Positions 1 to 11,300 of a DNA stretch of 64,000 bases are shown here, one piece after another. Position numbers and translations under genes: made by a program. This DNA comes from Phormidesmis sp. (GTDB taxonomy: Bacteria; Cyanobacteriota; Cyanobacteriia; Leptolyngbyales; Leptolyngbyaceae). The stretch covers positions 736,001 to 800,000 of the forward strand of contig CBDFJR010000002.1 of NCBI GenBank assembly GCA_965248535.1. The letters run 5' to 3'. Within the stretch, counting starts at the first letter, position 1. The number at the start of each line of letters is the position of its first letter. Under the pieces are notes generated by a model that did no database searches, was not told the origin of the DNA, and was given only the letters and a program-made list of their open reading frames with translations.

Positions 1-2
1 TT

Positions 3-158
3 GCGTTGAATCAAACTCTGCTAAAGGGGCAGTATGAAAGCCCGATCGGGGCCATTTCTTTCACCCCAGAAGGCGAGATTGTGCAAAAAGAGTTTTATGT
101 GGCCCAGATCAAAATGGATGCAAGTGGTAGCAATGGCAAATTTGCGTTTTTGAAATAG
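3..158 (+). CDS. C-terminal end of a branched-chain amino acid ABC transporter substrate-binding protein (truncated by window edge)
   Basis: Open frame ALNQTLLKGQYESPIGAISFTPEGEIVQKEFYVAQIKMD...FLK* resembles the LivJ/K-type C-terminus; lies upstream of livH/M/G/F-like genes. Confidence 0.8.
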   Translation, partial: ALNQTLLKGQYESPIGAISFTPEGEIVQKEFYVAQIKMDASGSNGKFAFLK

Positions 159-167
159 GTAAACTCG

Positions 168-1242
168 ATGCGATCGCTCTGCTCTTCTCTGATCGGAATT
201 TGGGCATTTTTGGCAGTCTTATTTTGGGCAGCACCTGGTTATGCGAATGCACCCGCACCCCCATCTTATGTCTGGCTTAGGTTTGAGGGTGCTCGGTCTG
301 CATTTCAGGGGGCCCAGTTAGCCGAGTGTCATACCCAAAAATGCACCCAACCGATTTTGCTGATGCAGAGTGGAACTTGCGCTGATGCAGATTGTCTGAA
401 GTCGTCTCCAATTCTCAGTGCGCCTCACCGGTTTGACTGTGCTGGCGATGCTTGTTTATTTGTAGAGCCGTCATTTAGTCCGCGATCGTCGGGCCCCTAC
501 TACAAATTGATCGCTCAGTTTAGCGATCGGGTTCGCACAAGTGAAGCAGTTGCTTTCAATATCAAGAATGATTTGGCAGGCTATGCGGCTCGAAATCTGC
601 GGGTGAAGGTTCAGGCGAATGATCTAGCGATCGTGCCTGACACAAATCCGATGAAACCCAGTCGATGGGAGGTGTTTGGCACTGCTTTGGCGCTGACGGA
701 GATCTCAGAGTTAGCGGTGGCGACCCTGTGGCTATGGCGCATGAACGTTGAAAAGCAGCAGGCTGGCAAAGGACTGGTCGCGATCGCGTTTGTCAATTTG
801 CTGACGTTTCCGGTGGTCTGGTTTTTCTTTCCGGCGTTGCAGCCTTTTCAATACAGCGCGTCGCGGGTGTTTGGGGTGATGATTCTCGGCGTTGCGGGTT
901 TGTTTGGGGTGACTGTTGGCGAGTCGCCCGATCGTCACTCTCAAAACGCTGCGAATCATGTTTATCGGCTGGCTGTTATCATTGCCTACAGCATTCGTAA
1001 TCGGAATCATTTTTGCGTTTATTTTGGGTTATGGTGAGTCTCTTCCGCCCGTGATTGGAGTTTCATCACTGATTACACTTCCTGCTTCAGAGATATTTGC
1101 GGTAGTGTTTGAGGCTTGGTTAATCTATCGTTCTAATCAAGAATCAATATCTCTTAGACAGGCAAGCTTATTAAGTCTAACAATGAATGTGATCAGTCTG
1201 ATTTTGGGTTTATGGTTACTTCCGACAACTCAATTATTTTAA
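168..1242 (+). pseudogene. Membrane protein with signal peptide and Cys-rich extracytoplasmic domain, split by a 1-nt frameshift near 912
   Basis: ORFs 168-1037 and 916-1242 join into continuous hydrophobic helices (GLFGV-LLASRPIVTLK) if the A at 912 is removed; may be a sequencing error. Confidence 0.65.
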
Positions 1243-1261
1243 TTTCTATTGAGAATATTTT

Positions 1262-2212
1262 ATGAATCTCACTCTATTCTTACAGAGTTTTCTCAACGGA
1301 CTCTCGATCGGCAGCATCTATGCAATTTTTGCATTAGGCTACACATTAGTCTTCTCGATTCTTGGAATTATTAATTTTGCTCATGGAGCCGTTTTCACCC
1401 TCGGAGCTTATTTCACTTATGCTCTAATGGGCAATGCGTTTGGATTTAATGGATTGTTAGCTAATGCAGCCTTGCCGATTCGCCTACCGTTTGCGTTGGC
1501 GCTAGTTTTTGGCAGTGTAATCGCGGGTTTAGTTGGAGTACTGATCGAACGATTGGCATTTCGTCCACTCCGCCGTCAAAAAGCCGATTCTCTGCTGACG
1601 GTGGTGTCTAGTCTGGGCGTTGCCGTTGTGATTGTCAATCTGATTCAATATTTGGTTGGCGCAGAGATTTACACCTTTCCTCCCGACACTTACGGCACGT
1701 TGCCGCCTGCAATCAACTTTGGCAGTGCAGAAAATCCGATTCCGATTCGCAGTGTGCAGGTTGTGATTTTCGTGGTGTCGGGCGTGATTCTCAGCTTATT
1801 AACCTATCTGATTAACGCCACAAAATATGGCAAAGCAATGCGGGCAGTGGCAGAAGATCCGACGACTGCGAGTTTGTTGGGCATCGACCCCGATCGCTTC
1901 ATTGTCCTGACGTTTTTTGTCAGTGGCTTTCTAGGCGGATTGGCTGGAACCCTTGTCGGCTCTAGCGTCAGCATCGCCGGCCCTTATTTTGGCATCGGCT
2001 TTGGACTGAAGGGATTAGCCGTGATCGTGCTGGGCGGATTGGGCAGCATTCCGGGGGCAGTCGTGGGAGGGTTAACGATCGGGCTGGTCGAAGCCTTTGT
2101 TCCCGGTGATTATTCCGCTTATAAAGATGCGGTTGCGTTTGGCATTCTATTTATCATGCTATTGGTGCGACCGCAGGGATTGTTAGGTCGATCGCTGGTT
2201 CAAAAAGTTTAA
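1262..2212 (+). CDS. livH: Branched-chain amino acid ABC transporter permease
   Basis: ALGYTLVFSILGIINFAHG, GKAMRAVAED and VLGGLGSIPGA motifs. Confidence 0.92.
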   Translation: MNLTLFLQSFLNGLSIGSIYAIFALGYTLVFSILGIINFAHGAVFTLGAYFTYALMGNAFGFNGLLANAALPIRLPFALALVFGSVIAGLVGVLIERLAFRPLRRQKADSLLTVVSSLGVAVVIVNLIQYLVGAEIYTFPPDTYGTLPPAINFGSAENPIPIRSVQVVIFVVSGVILSLLTYLINATKYGKAMRAVAEDPTTASLLGIDPDRFIVLTFFVSGFLGGLAGTLVGSSVSIAGPYFGIGFGLKGLAVIVLGGLGSIPGAVVGGLTIGLVEAFVPGDYSAYKDAVAFGILFIMLLVRPQGLLGRSLVQKV

Positions 2213-2225
2213 TCACATTAATGTT

Positions 2226-3143
2226 ATGACTGATTTTATTTCAACCTATGGGTTTCTATTCGTCTCAATGATTTTAGGTGCATTGCTAGGATTATCGCTT
2301 TATTTACCTCTCATGGCCGGGCAATTATCCTTAGCAAGTCCTGGGTTTTATGCGCTAGGTGGTTATATTGCAGCAATTCTCTCGACAAAAGTGTTTCAAG
2401 TCACAGAGGCTTTCCCAATTCCTCTGCTGTTGTTAGAAATGTTAATAGCAGGACTAGTCTGTGGCTTATTGGGCGTTGTGGTTGGTGTTCCGGCGCTGCG
2501 ACTGCGAGGAATCTATTTAGGGATCGCCACCATTGCTTTTGTCGAAATCCTGCGCGTTCTAGCGCTCAATCTCGATATCACAGGCGGAGCCGTTGGCATT
2601 TTTGGCATTCCGCAGCCGTTCCAGACTCCGATCGAGTATTTGTGGATTGTCCTACCACTGCTGCTGGTCAGCATGGCGTTTGTCTACCGATTAGAAAAGA
2701 TTCGCGTCGGGCGCGCTTTGATTGCGATTCGAGAAGATGAACTTGCTGCCGATGCGATGGGCATTAATCCCACTTATTACAAGGTGCTGGCCTTTACGAT
2801 CGGTGCAATTTTAGCGGGCGTAGTCGGTGCTATTAGTGCTCACTTTCTCAACACCTGGAATGCTCGTCAAGGCACCTTTGATGCCAGCATTATCTATCTT
2901 ACCTTCGTGCTGATTGGTGGCTCTAGAACGTTTCTAGGCCCCGTTTTGGGCGGAATGGTGTTTACGGCACTGCCAGAGGTTTTGCGGGCCGTTGCCGATA
3001 TTCCAGGTTTACCCGTTTGGTTGGCGCAATTTTTGCGGGATGGTCGCCTAATTATTTTTGGATTGTTGATTGTGGTGGGCACGATCTTCTTTCCTCAGGG
3101 ATTGGTCACTCCTCAGTTGTTGAAACGGCGATCGCTATCGTAG
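2226..3143 (+). CDS. livM: Branched-chain amino acid ABC transporter permease
   Basis: GQLSLA, LRLRGIYLGIAT and GRALIAIREDELAADAMGIN motifs. Confidence 0.92.
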   Translation: MTDFISTYGFLFVSMILGALLGLSLYLPLMAGQLSLASPGFYALGGYIAAILSTKVFQVTEAFPIPLLLLEMLIAGLVCGLLGVVVGVPALRLRGIYLGIATIAFVEILRVLALNLDITGGAVGIFGIPQPFQTPIEYLWIVLPLLLVSMAFVYRLEKIRVGRALIAIREDELAADAMGINPTYYKVLAFTIGAILAGVVGAISAHFLNTWNARQGTFDASIIYLTFVLIGGSRTFLGPVLGGMVFTALPEVLRAVADIPGLPVWLAQFLRDGRLIIFGLLIVVGTIFFPQGLVTPQLLKRRSLS

Positions 3144-3171
3144 CCCGATCCTGCAAAGACCCAGTAGAATT

Positions 3172-3819
3172 CTAACCTTGGGATTGCCACCACGATCGCA
3201 GCGATCGGACTGCCTCAATTTCATCCTCTTTCGCCTCTTCCAGGAATGTATAAAGACGCTCCTTTGGCACTTGAGGAAACGTAGGGCTAGCCTCAACTTC
3301 TACATAAACGTCTTCTTGAAGCTGGTAGATCCGCCAGATGTTTCCATTAAACCGCCACAACTCCGACACTCCAAGGCTAGAGTAAAATCGATTTTTAGCA
3401 ATATCTGTGGGGGTAATATCTACCTCCACCACCAAATCTGGCGGCGGATCTTGACTAAAATCGACCTCACGACCTTTGACTAAATCCTGATTTTGAATGT
3501 AGTAGGCGTTATCAGGCTCTGCACCTTTTTTAAGATTTGGGTAGTTCATCGTTGTTGAACCCATTGTCTTCATTCTCAAGTCCATTAATTCAATCAGCGT
3601 CGAGATGAATCGCTCAATCAAACGACCCGAAAATTCATGCAGTTCTGAAGGCACAGTAATTTCCAATATTCCATCGTCATAGGTCAATCGAGAGCCACGA
3701 GATTGAGGCAAGGCGTTCAAAATTTGCAGATAAGCCTCCCAAGACAAACCCCGCAGCGCAACCCGTTGTTCTCCTACGATAGGCAATTCGATTTTTGGTT
3801 CTGGTGCCGCAATGACCAT
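3172..3819 (-). CDS. Uma2 family (DUF820) PD-(D/E)xK endonuclease-like protein
   Basis: SWEAY, RLTYDDGILEI, EPDNAYY, PPPDLVVEVD and LGVSELWRF motifs. Confidence 0.92.
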   Translation of the reverse strand: MVIAAPEPKIELPIVGEQRVALRGLSWEAYLQILNALPQSRGSRLTYDDGILEITVPSELHEFSGRLIERFISTLIELMDLRMKTMGSTTMNYPNLKKGAEPDNAYYIQNQDLVKGREVDFSQDPPPDLVVEVDITPTDIAKNRFYSSLGVSELWRFNGNIWRIYQLQEDVYVEVEASPTFPQVPKERLYTFLEEAKEDEIEAVRSLRSWWQSQG

Positions 3820-3913
3820 CGATCGTTCTCCTAACTCTCAGCGCAAATGTGAACGTGGGCACTCCTATTGTAAATCGTGACAACTAGCTGGATTATAGGG
3901 GTAAGTTTCCTGA

Positions 3914-4717
3914 GTGACTGAATTGCAGTTGGCTGACTCTCAAAAAAACCTCGATCGCCCCCTTTTAGAAGCCAAAGCCTTGACCCGGCGCTTTGGTGGA
4001 TTGGTGGCGGTTAACAACGTCTCCTTTAGCGTTAACGAAGGCGAAATCTTTGGGCTAATCGGCCCCAATGGTGCCGGAAAAACCACCTTGTTTAACTTAG
4101 TCACCGGATTGATCTACCCATCTGACGGACAAATGCTTTATCGAGGCAACAAAATTTCTAACTTACGTCCCCATCAAATCGCTAAAAAAGGGATTGCCAG
4201 AACGTTTCAAAATATTCGCCTCTTCGCCGATCTTTCAGCCTTAGAAAATGTGATGATTGCTCAACATATTCACACCAAAAGTGGATTGTTTGCGGGGGTG
4301 TTGGGGTTGCCTCCTGCGCCTCGTGAAGAACAAAAAACCCGATCGCGGGCCTTTGAGCTACTAGAATTAGTCGGCTTAAGCGATCGCGCTGACGAAAAAG
4401 CCACTAACTTCCCCTATGGCGATCAGCGTCGCCTAGAAATCGCCCGTGCGCTGGCTCTCGAACCGCAGGTGCTCTTATTAGATGAACCTGCCGCCGGAAT
4501 GAATCCTAGCGAAAAGCAGCAGTTGAGTCACTTTATTCGTCAAATTCGTGACCAATTCAGTCTGACCATTTTGCTGATCGAGCATCATGTGCCCCTAGTG
4601 ATGGGATTGTGCGATCGCATCGCCGTTCTCAATTTTGGGCAGCTAATCGCGATCGGAAACCCCGCAGAGGTGAAGTCCGATCGGGCGGTGATAGAAGCCT
4701 ATTTGGGCACAGAGTAA
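3914..4717 (+). CDS. livG: Branched-chain amino acid ABC transporter ATP-binding protein
   Basis: Walker A GPNGAGKTT, GIARTFQN, LLLDEPAAG, C-terminal EAYLG. Confidence 0.93.
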   Translation: MTELQLADSQKNLDRPLLEAKALTRRFGGLVAVNNVSFSVNEGEIFGLIGPNGAGKTTLFNLVTGLIYPSDGQMLYRGNKISNLRPHQIAKKGIARTFQNIRLFADLSALENVMIAQHIHTKSGLFAGVLGLPPAPREEQKTRSRAFELLELVGLSDRADEKATNFPYGDQRRLEIARALALEPQVLLLDEPAAGMNPSEKQQLSHFIRQIRDQFSLTILLIEHHVPLVMGLCDRIAVLNFGQLIAIGNPAEVKSDRAVIEAYLGTE

Positions 4718-4721
4718 CCCC

Positions 4722-5435
4722 ATGCAAACCCCTTTACTTGACATTCAAAAACTCAGCGTTCACTATGGCGGCATTCAGGCGCTTCAGGCGATCGATTTGA
4801 TGATTTACCCTGGCGAAGTGGTGACGTTAATCGGCTCAAATGGGGCAGGAAAAAGCACAACACTCCGAGCCATTTCTCGCATCATCAATGCCCGTCAGGG
4901 CCAGATTTTTTACGGGGGTGAAAATATCACGCAGCGTCGTCCCCACGAAGTCGTGAAACTAGGGATTGCTCACAGTCCTGAAGGGCGCAAAGTGTTAGCT
5001 CGTCAGACCGTGTTAGATAATTTGGAACTAGGCGCTTATACCCGATCGTCGCGTCTCAGCATCAAGTCCGATATTGAACAACAATTTCTATTATTTCCCC
5101 GTTTAGCAGAGCGTAAAAATCAACTAGCAGGCACTCTCAGCGGTGGTGAACAGCAGATGTTAGCGATCGCTCGTGCGTTGATGAGTCGGCCTAAATTATT
5201 GCTGTTAGACGAGCCGAGTTTGGGGTTAGCTCCGACGATCGTGCGCGAGATTTTCACGATTATTCAAAATCTGCGCGAGACAGGAGTCACGATTCTCTTA
5301 GTCGAACAAAACGCGAATTTGGCTTTGCAGATCGCCGATCGGGGCTATGTTTTAGAAGCGGGTTGTATGATCCTAACCAATCAAGCTGCTGAATTGTTGC
5401 AGGACGATCGAGTTAGAAAAGCCTATTTAGGTTAA
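4722..5435 (+). CDS. livF: Branched-chain amino acid ABC transporter ATP-binding protein
   Basis: GSNGAGKST, LSGGEQQM, LDEPSLGLAP, LVEQN, KAYLG. Confidence 0.93.
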   Translation: MQTPLLDIQKLSVHYGGIQALQAIDLMIYPGEVVTLIGSNGAGKSTTLRAISRIINARQGQIFYGGENITQRRPHEVVKLGIAHSPEGRKVLARQTVLDNLELGAYTRSSRLSIKSDIEQQFLLFPRLAERKNQLAGTLSGGEQQMLAIARALMSRPKLLLLDEPSLGLAPTIVREIFTIIQNLRETGVTILLVEQNANLALQIADRGYVLEAGCMILTNQAAELLQDDRVRKAYLG

Positions 5436-5441
5436 TTGACA

Positions 5442-6038
5442 ATGAATCTAGATATTTTAGTTTCTAACTATCTGCAAATCGATGACTTTTTGACCAGAGA
5501 AGATAAAAGAAGATTGCTGAATTATGTGTTTGCAGAAGAGGCAAAGTTTGTGCCGACTAACACATCAACCGATGAAGTGAACTATCGACGATCGAGCGTT
5601 CTTTATTTCTTTCCTGACTTTGCAGAATTGATCCGCGATCGTATCCAATCCATCACCTCCGAGGTCTTCAAGAAATTAGACCTAGCTCCATTTTCTGTTT
5701 CTCAGATAGAGGTTCAGCTAACGGCTCACAATGATGGAAATTACTATAAGGTTCATAACGATAACGGCAGTCCTGAAACAGTAACTAGAGAACTCACCTA
5801 TGTCTATTATTTCTATCGAGAACCCAAGGCTTTTATGGGCGGAGAATTGGTGATTTACGACAGCAAAATTGAGAATGCTTATTTTGTTAAGGCAGACTCA
5901 TTTAAAACCGTCGAGCCTCGAAATAATAGCATTGTCTTTTTTCTCAGTCGCTCAATGCACGAAGTTTTACCCGTGCGGTGTCCGTCGCGATCGTTTCCCA
6001 ATAGCCGCTTCACCATCAACGGCTGGATTCATCGCTAA
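5442..6038 (+). CDS. 2OG-Fe(II) oxygenase (prolyl hydroxylase-like)
   Basis: HxD (VHND), GGEL, distal His (MHEVLPV) and RFTINGW; ATG at 5442 chosen as start. Confidence 0.88.
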   Translation: MNLDILVSNYLQIDDFLTREDKRRLLNYVFAEEAKFVPTNTSTDEVNYRRSSVLYFFPDFAELIRDRIQSITSEVFKKLDLAPFSVSQIEVQLTAHNDGNYYKVHNDNGSPETVTRELTYVYYFYREPKAFMGGELVIYDSKIENAYFVKADSFKTVEPRNNSIVFFLSRSMHEVLPVRCPSRSFPNSRFTINGWIHR

Positions 6039-6043
6039 TCAGT

Positions 6044-7180
6044 CTAAAATTTGCAGACCAGCAGTTGCCGAATCAATCGCGCTAACTGTTCGGCGCTGTC
6101 TACGATCGCTAAAGATGCCGTCTGCTTTGACATTTGCTGTAGGCGATCGGGCGATTTTAACAGCGCCAACACTTGCGTCTTGAGAATTTCTGGCGTGAGA
6201 TCGGCTTGTCGGTAAACCTCGGCGGCTCCTGCGTCAGCAAAGATAGCAGCATTAAACGCCTGGTGATCTTCAGCCGCAAAGGGATAAGGCACCAAGATCG
6301 AAGGCGTGTGGGTAATCGCCAACTCTGTCAGCGTGCCAGCCCCCGATCGGCTAATCGCCAACGTTGCCCGTTGAAAAAGAGCCGCCATATTGCCATAAAA
6401 CGGCAAAGCCACATACTGAGGATGCTGAAGGCTCTGGGCATCCGCATCACCCTCCCCCGTCAGATGCACCACCCAAGCGCCCACGCTAAACCAGTCTGGG
6501 GCAGCCTGTCGCACCAATTTGTTCAGGGCCACGGCTCCCTGACTGCCGCCTACCACCACAATGAGCGGCACGTCTTTAGGAATCGATAAATCCTCTAGAT
6601 CCGCGTCGTTTAGGGCCGATCGAAACTGCGATCGCACCGGAGTTCCGACACAAATCGTTTTGCTGCGCGGCAAATAGTGAGCAGCGGCTTGAAACCCGAT
6701 CGCGACCCCATTGCACCAAGGCGCAAACCAGCGCGTCACCTTGCCAGGTAGAGCATTGGACTCGTGCAAAATCACGGGCAAACCCAGCGATCGGGCCGCC
6801 AAAATAGCCGGAGCCGCAATATAGCCGCCCGTAGTGAACACGCCATCAAATTTGCCTTGTTTCAGCAGTCGTCTGACTTGCCAAATCGAGCCGATCAACC
6901 GCAGCAAAATCTTGAGCGTCCCTAGTCCTAATTTTTGTTGAAACCCTTCTACAGAAATCGTGTGCAGCGGATAGCCCTTTTCGGCACCCTCGCCCACAAG
7001 CTGCGTTTCTAAGCGATCGGGCACCCCTAACCACTCGATCTGATAGTCAGAAAGCTGCTCGGCGGTGGCGATCGCTGGGAAAACGTGCCCCCCCGTGCCG
7101 CTAGCAGCAATCAATAAACGAATCGGGTTTGAAGAAGACTGCACGGACTTTTCTAAACGAGGGTCAGATGCACTTTGCAC
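6044..7180 (-). CDS. murG: Undecaprenyldiphospho-muramoylpentapeptide beta-N-acetylglucosaminyltransferase
   Basis: GTGGHVFPA, HESNALPG, GTPVR, GGSQGA, SRSGAGT, HQAFNA. Confidence 0.97.
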   Translation of the reverse strand: MQSASDPRLEKSVQSSSNPIRLLIAASGTGGHVFPAIATAEQLSDYQIEWLGVPDRLETQLVGEGAEKGYPLHTISVEGFQQKLGLGTLKILLRLIGSIWQVRRLLKQGKFDGVFTTGGYIAAPAILAARSLGLPVILHESNALPGKVTRWFAPWCNGVAIGFQAAAHYLPRSKTICVGTPVRSQFRSALNDADLEDLSIPKDVPLIVVVGGSQGAVALNKLVRQAAPDWFSVGAWVVHLTGEGDADAQSLQHPQYVALPFYGNMAALFQRATLAISRSGAGTLTELAITHTPSILVPYPFAAEDHQAFNAAIFADAGAAEVYRQADLTPEILKTQVLALLKSPDRLQQMSKQTASLAIVDSAEQLARLIRQLLVCKF

Positions 7181-7326
7181 AGAGATTTTGCCAATAACAG
7201 AGTGATTTTACCGCTAATGTTGCCCTGTGGTCACCTCCCCAACCCACGCCAAATGACATAGAGTTGCTTAAATTGATTAATATCTTAAGTGGCTGACCTT
7301 TGCCCCAATAGTTTGAGCGATTTTCT

Positions 7327-8154
7327 ATGCGTCACTTTTTGCCCGATCGATCGACCCTCGCTTCTATGCCTCAAAATATTAGACAGCCGTGGCGATCGCT
7401 GTTTTTGCTGACGCTGGGGCTAATGGTCTCAGGCAATTGGAGTGGGCACGATCGGGTCATGGCAGCTACGCCAGAAACCGCGCCTGCCCCTCTCCGACAA
7501 GCGTTGACCCAGATTGATGCAGCGGCCAGCAAAAAAGATTTACAGGGCGTGCTTCAGTTTTATAGCCCTAATTTTGCTCACTCAGATGGGCTAAATCGGC
7601 GATCGCTCGAACAGGCATTAACTCAGCTTTGGCAACACTATCCCAATTTGACTTATCGCACTGAGCTAAAGTCTTGGCAACCCGATGGGCGCGGCATTCG
7701 GGCTGAGACGGTGACCCATATTTCAGGAATGCAGACGGTCAACGGGCAATCTTCAAAACTCGATTCAACCGTGCAGTCTCGGCAGCGATTTGAAGGTCAA
7801 ACTATCGTTCAGCAAGACGTTTTAGCAGAGAGCAGCAAAGTCACGTCGGGTGAAAATCCGCCTGATGTCAAAGTGAATTTGCCCGAACAGGTGCAAGTCG
7901 GACAAGACTTTAATTTTGATGCGATCGTGCAAGATCCCTTAGGCAGCGACTTGCTATTAGGGTCAGTCTTAGAAGAACCCGTTAAACCGAGCGGCTATTT
8001 GACCCCCACCACTGCCGATTTAGAGTTGCTCACTTCTGGGGGCATCTTTAAGGTAGGTCGCGTTTCTACGCCCGAAAATCGCTGGATCTCGGCAGTTTTG
8101 GTGCGCTATGGTGGCACGACAATGGTGACGCAGCGACTGCGAATCATCAAGTGA
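7327..8154 (+). CDS. Secreted NTF2/SnoaL-like fold protein
   Basis: Signal-like segment, then IDAAASKKDLQGVLQFYSPNF..DGL NTF2-like pattern; conserved cyanobacterial type. Confidence 0.7.
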   Translation: MRHFLPDRSTLASMPQNIRQPWRSLFLLTLGLMVSGNWSGHDRVMAATPETAPAPLRQALTQIDAAASKKDLQGVLQFYSPNFAHSDGLNRRSLEQALTQLWQHYPNLTYRTELKSWQPDGRGIRAETVTHISGMQTVNGQSSKLDSTVQSRQRFEGQTIVQQDVLAESSKVTSGENPPDVKVNLPEQVQVGQDFNFDAIVQDPLGSDLLLGSVLEEPVKPSGYLTPTTADLELLTSGGIFKVGRVSTPENRWISAVLVRYGGTTMVTQRLRIIK

Positions 8155-8363
8155 CTTGACGCGGGGTCGGCCTTTTTGGAGTTGTTTAGTCCACGATCGT
8201 GAGCAGATCAGAGAGTAGAGAAACAACTTCTTAAAGCTTATGTAATTTTACGGTAGAACATTATTTTGCTACCGTGAACTTCGATCGCAAAAATCAGTAG
8301 TGTGGGATCTTCTCATCTTTGATGAATACAAGAACTAGAGTTTTCCAGTCTTGTAGGAGTCTT

Positions 8364-11300
8364 ATGACCATTTCATCCACCTCTCCTGACTTGCTCAGAA
8401 GCCCGCTGCAAGTTTCTGCTGATCTACAGCAGCTAGATCAAAAAAGCGCCTCACCGTCTTTCACAACGCCGCCGTTTCTCTCTCAAACTCCTCGATCTGC
8501 AACGTCGCTGCTGTTTGTCGATCGGGGGGTTGATCATTACCAAGATTTAATTGCCGAGGTCAATCCTGACACAGAGGTGCATCTACTCGATTCAACGCAA
8601 GATGCTATTTCGCAAATCACCCAGACGCTGATCGGGCGCACGGGCGTTTCTAGCCTGCATATTCTCTCTCACGGGGCCGCAGGGCGCTTAGAGCTTGGCA
8701 CTCATTGGGTCGATCGCGGCGCTCTAGAGAATCATGGGGCTGAGGTCAAGTCTTGGAGCCTTGCTCTGACTGAGAATGCCGATATTTTGCTCTATGGCTG
8801 CGAGGTTGCCGACGGTGAAAGCGGCAGTGCCTTTGTACGATCGCTGAGTCAATTGACCGGGGCAGATGTTGCCGCCTCTAACAATTTGACGGGTAGCGCT
8901 GCGCTGGGTGGAGACTGGACTCTAGAGATCGCCACCGGAGGGATTGAATCGGCGATCGCGTTCCAGCCAGAGGTCATTGACTATCGCGGTGTGTTGGCTC
9001 CCGTCGTGACCCTGCCGAGTGAGTCTATTACCTACACCGAAAATGGAGTAGCGATCGCCGTGGGCGCTGGGGCAACGGTGACGGCCCCTGACAATTTTAA
9101 TGGGGGCAGTCTCACGGTGGGTCTAAGTGCGACGGTTAACTCTGATCGCACTGCCGATCGGCTCTCGATTCAAGCTGGGGGACTGATTAGTGTCGATGGA
9201 AAATCGATTCAGTATAGCGGGGTCACGATCGGAGAGTTCACGGGTGGTTATGGCGCTGAAAATTTAGTCGTTCAATTTACCAATCCGGCTGCTAGCGCGA
9301 TCGCAGTGCAGGCATTGCTGCAAACTATTACTTATAGAGACGCATCAGATAATATTCCGGCAACAGATACCCGCACGTTATCGATCACGCTGAATGATGG
9401 TATTGACAACAGTCAAACAGTCACTAAAACCATTAATTTAATAGGCGTTAATGACGCACCCGTTATTAATACTCTTTTATCGCTAGACAAAGATACTGGA
9501 TTGCCCAAAAACGGCACCTGGCTGGCTTATCAAGATTCTACTAGCGTGGCAGGTGGCACTGCAACCGTGACGGCGGGCGCTAACGGACTGACGCTTAATA
9601 GTGACGGAACGGCCTATGCAGGGTTTAGCAACTATGCCGTTAATTATTCGCTCAACCCGCTCAACCCCAGCATCACAATCAGTCTGCGAAATCCTAACTT
9701 TCCGGTGCTCGATCGCAGCAAAGGCTTTCTCTTAAGTTTTTCTGCTCAATTAAATAGTGAAACTTCTGGTTTGGTCGATCGCAATTTGGATGGTAAAACT
9801 GACCGATCGGGCTTTAGCGTTGTCCTTCTCAGCAACGACCTAAAAGGCATTGAACTGGGCTTTCGGAGCGATCGGATCTTTGCCCAAGAAGATGGCACAA
9901 CTCAGATCAATCCTGCCCTAGAGCCAGACGGCACTCAGGCAAACAAAACCCGCACCCTCTTCACTCAAGGAGAATTCACGACCCGTGTCACGACTACTTC
10001 GCCCACCCATTACAGCCTAGGAATTTTGGGAGATCTCTACACGCTTTATAGTGGTGGAGTGGCGATCTTGAGCGGTCAGTTGCGCGACTATAGCGCCTTT
10101 CAGCCTCAGACCATCACAGCAAATGTTCCCATTATTGGTGCGGTCAGTGTCGTTCCGCCTAGCCCTTATCGGCAAAAGAATCTGATCTTTTTGGGTGACA
10201 ACACCTCGTCAGCCGGGGCAAGTGTCACCTTATCTGGCATTGACATCGTGACTAATACGGCGCTGCCAACGCTGACTGTTAAACAAAATGCAGCGATCGT
10301 GATTCCCAATCTGCAAATTAATGACTTTGATGGGGGCACGAATGCTTTAACCGTGACTCTGACGGCTCTGAATGGAAGAATCACCGTCAAGAATAACTTA
10401 ATCAATGGCGTGACTGACATAGCAGGAAACGGTACTAACATCGTCAAGGTTAAAGGCACGGTTAGCCAAATTAATACCACTCTACTTAATTCAGGATTGA
10501 GCTATAAGAGCAACGTTACGTTTAGTGGCACTGATACGATCACAATTAATGCTGATGATGGCGCACCTGCAACTCCTTCTAAAACGCTGACGATGACGGT
10601 GACTCCTGATCCTACGGTGGCTCAGAGACACGATATCCTCTGGCACAATAATCAGTCTGGTGAGACGGCGATCTGGCAAATCAATGGCTTAAGTTTTACG
10701 GCTCCGGTGAGTCTGGCGACAGGGCCCGATCTGAGTTGGAAAATTGCCGCAACTGGAGACTTTGATCGCAATGGCACCACTGATCTGTTGTGGTTCAACG
10801 ATCGTAGTGGTGAAGTCGCTTTCTGGAAGATGAACGGCACCACCCTAGAAAAAGTGGTTTCTGTCGCAACAGTCGGTCTGGAATGGAAGATTCAAAGCAC
10901 GGGCGACTTTGATGGCGATGGTAAACTCGACGTTCTGTGGCGTAATTTTAATACCGGAGAGATCGCGTTTTGGAAAATGGACGATATGAGGCTCGATCAA
11001 GGAGTCTTTTTATCGCCGATCGTCAAAGATACCCAATGGCAGATTCAGGGCACGGGCGATTTTGATGGCGATGGCAAGCTCGATATTCTCTGGCGCAACT
11101 TTGGCACAAGTGGAGAAATTGGCTTCTGGAAGCTGAACGGGATGAGTTTTCAGTCGGCTACCATTTTGGCACCCGTGGTGCGCGATGCGTCGTGGGAGAT
11201 TAGCGGCATTGGCGATTTTGATGGCGATGGCAAGCTCGATATTCTCTGGCACAACCGTCAAACGGGTGATAATGCTTTCTGGAAGCTGAATCGGATGAGC

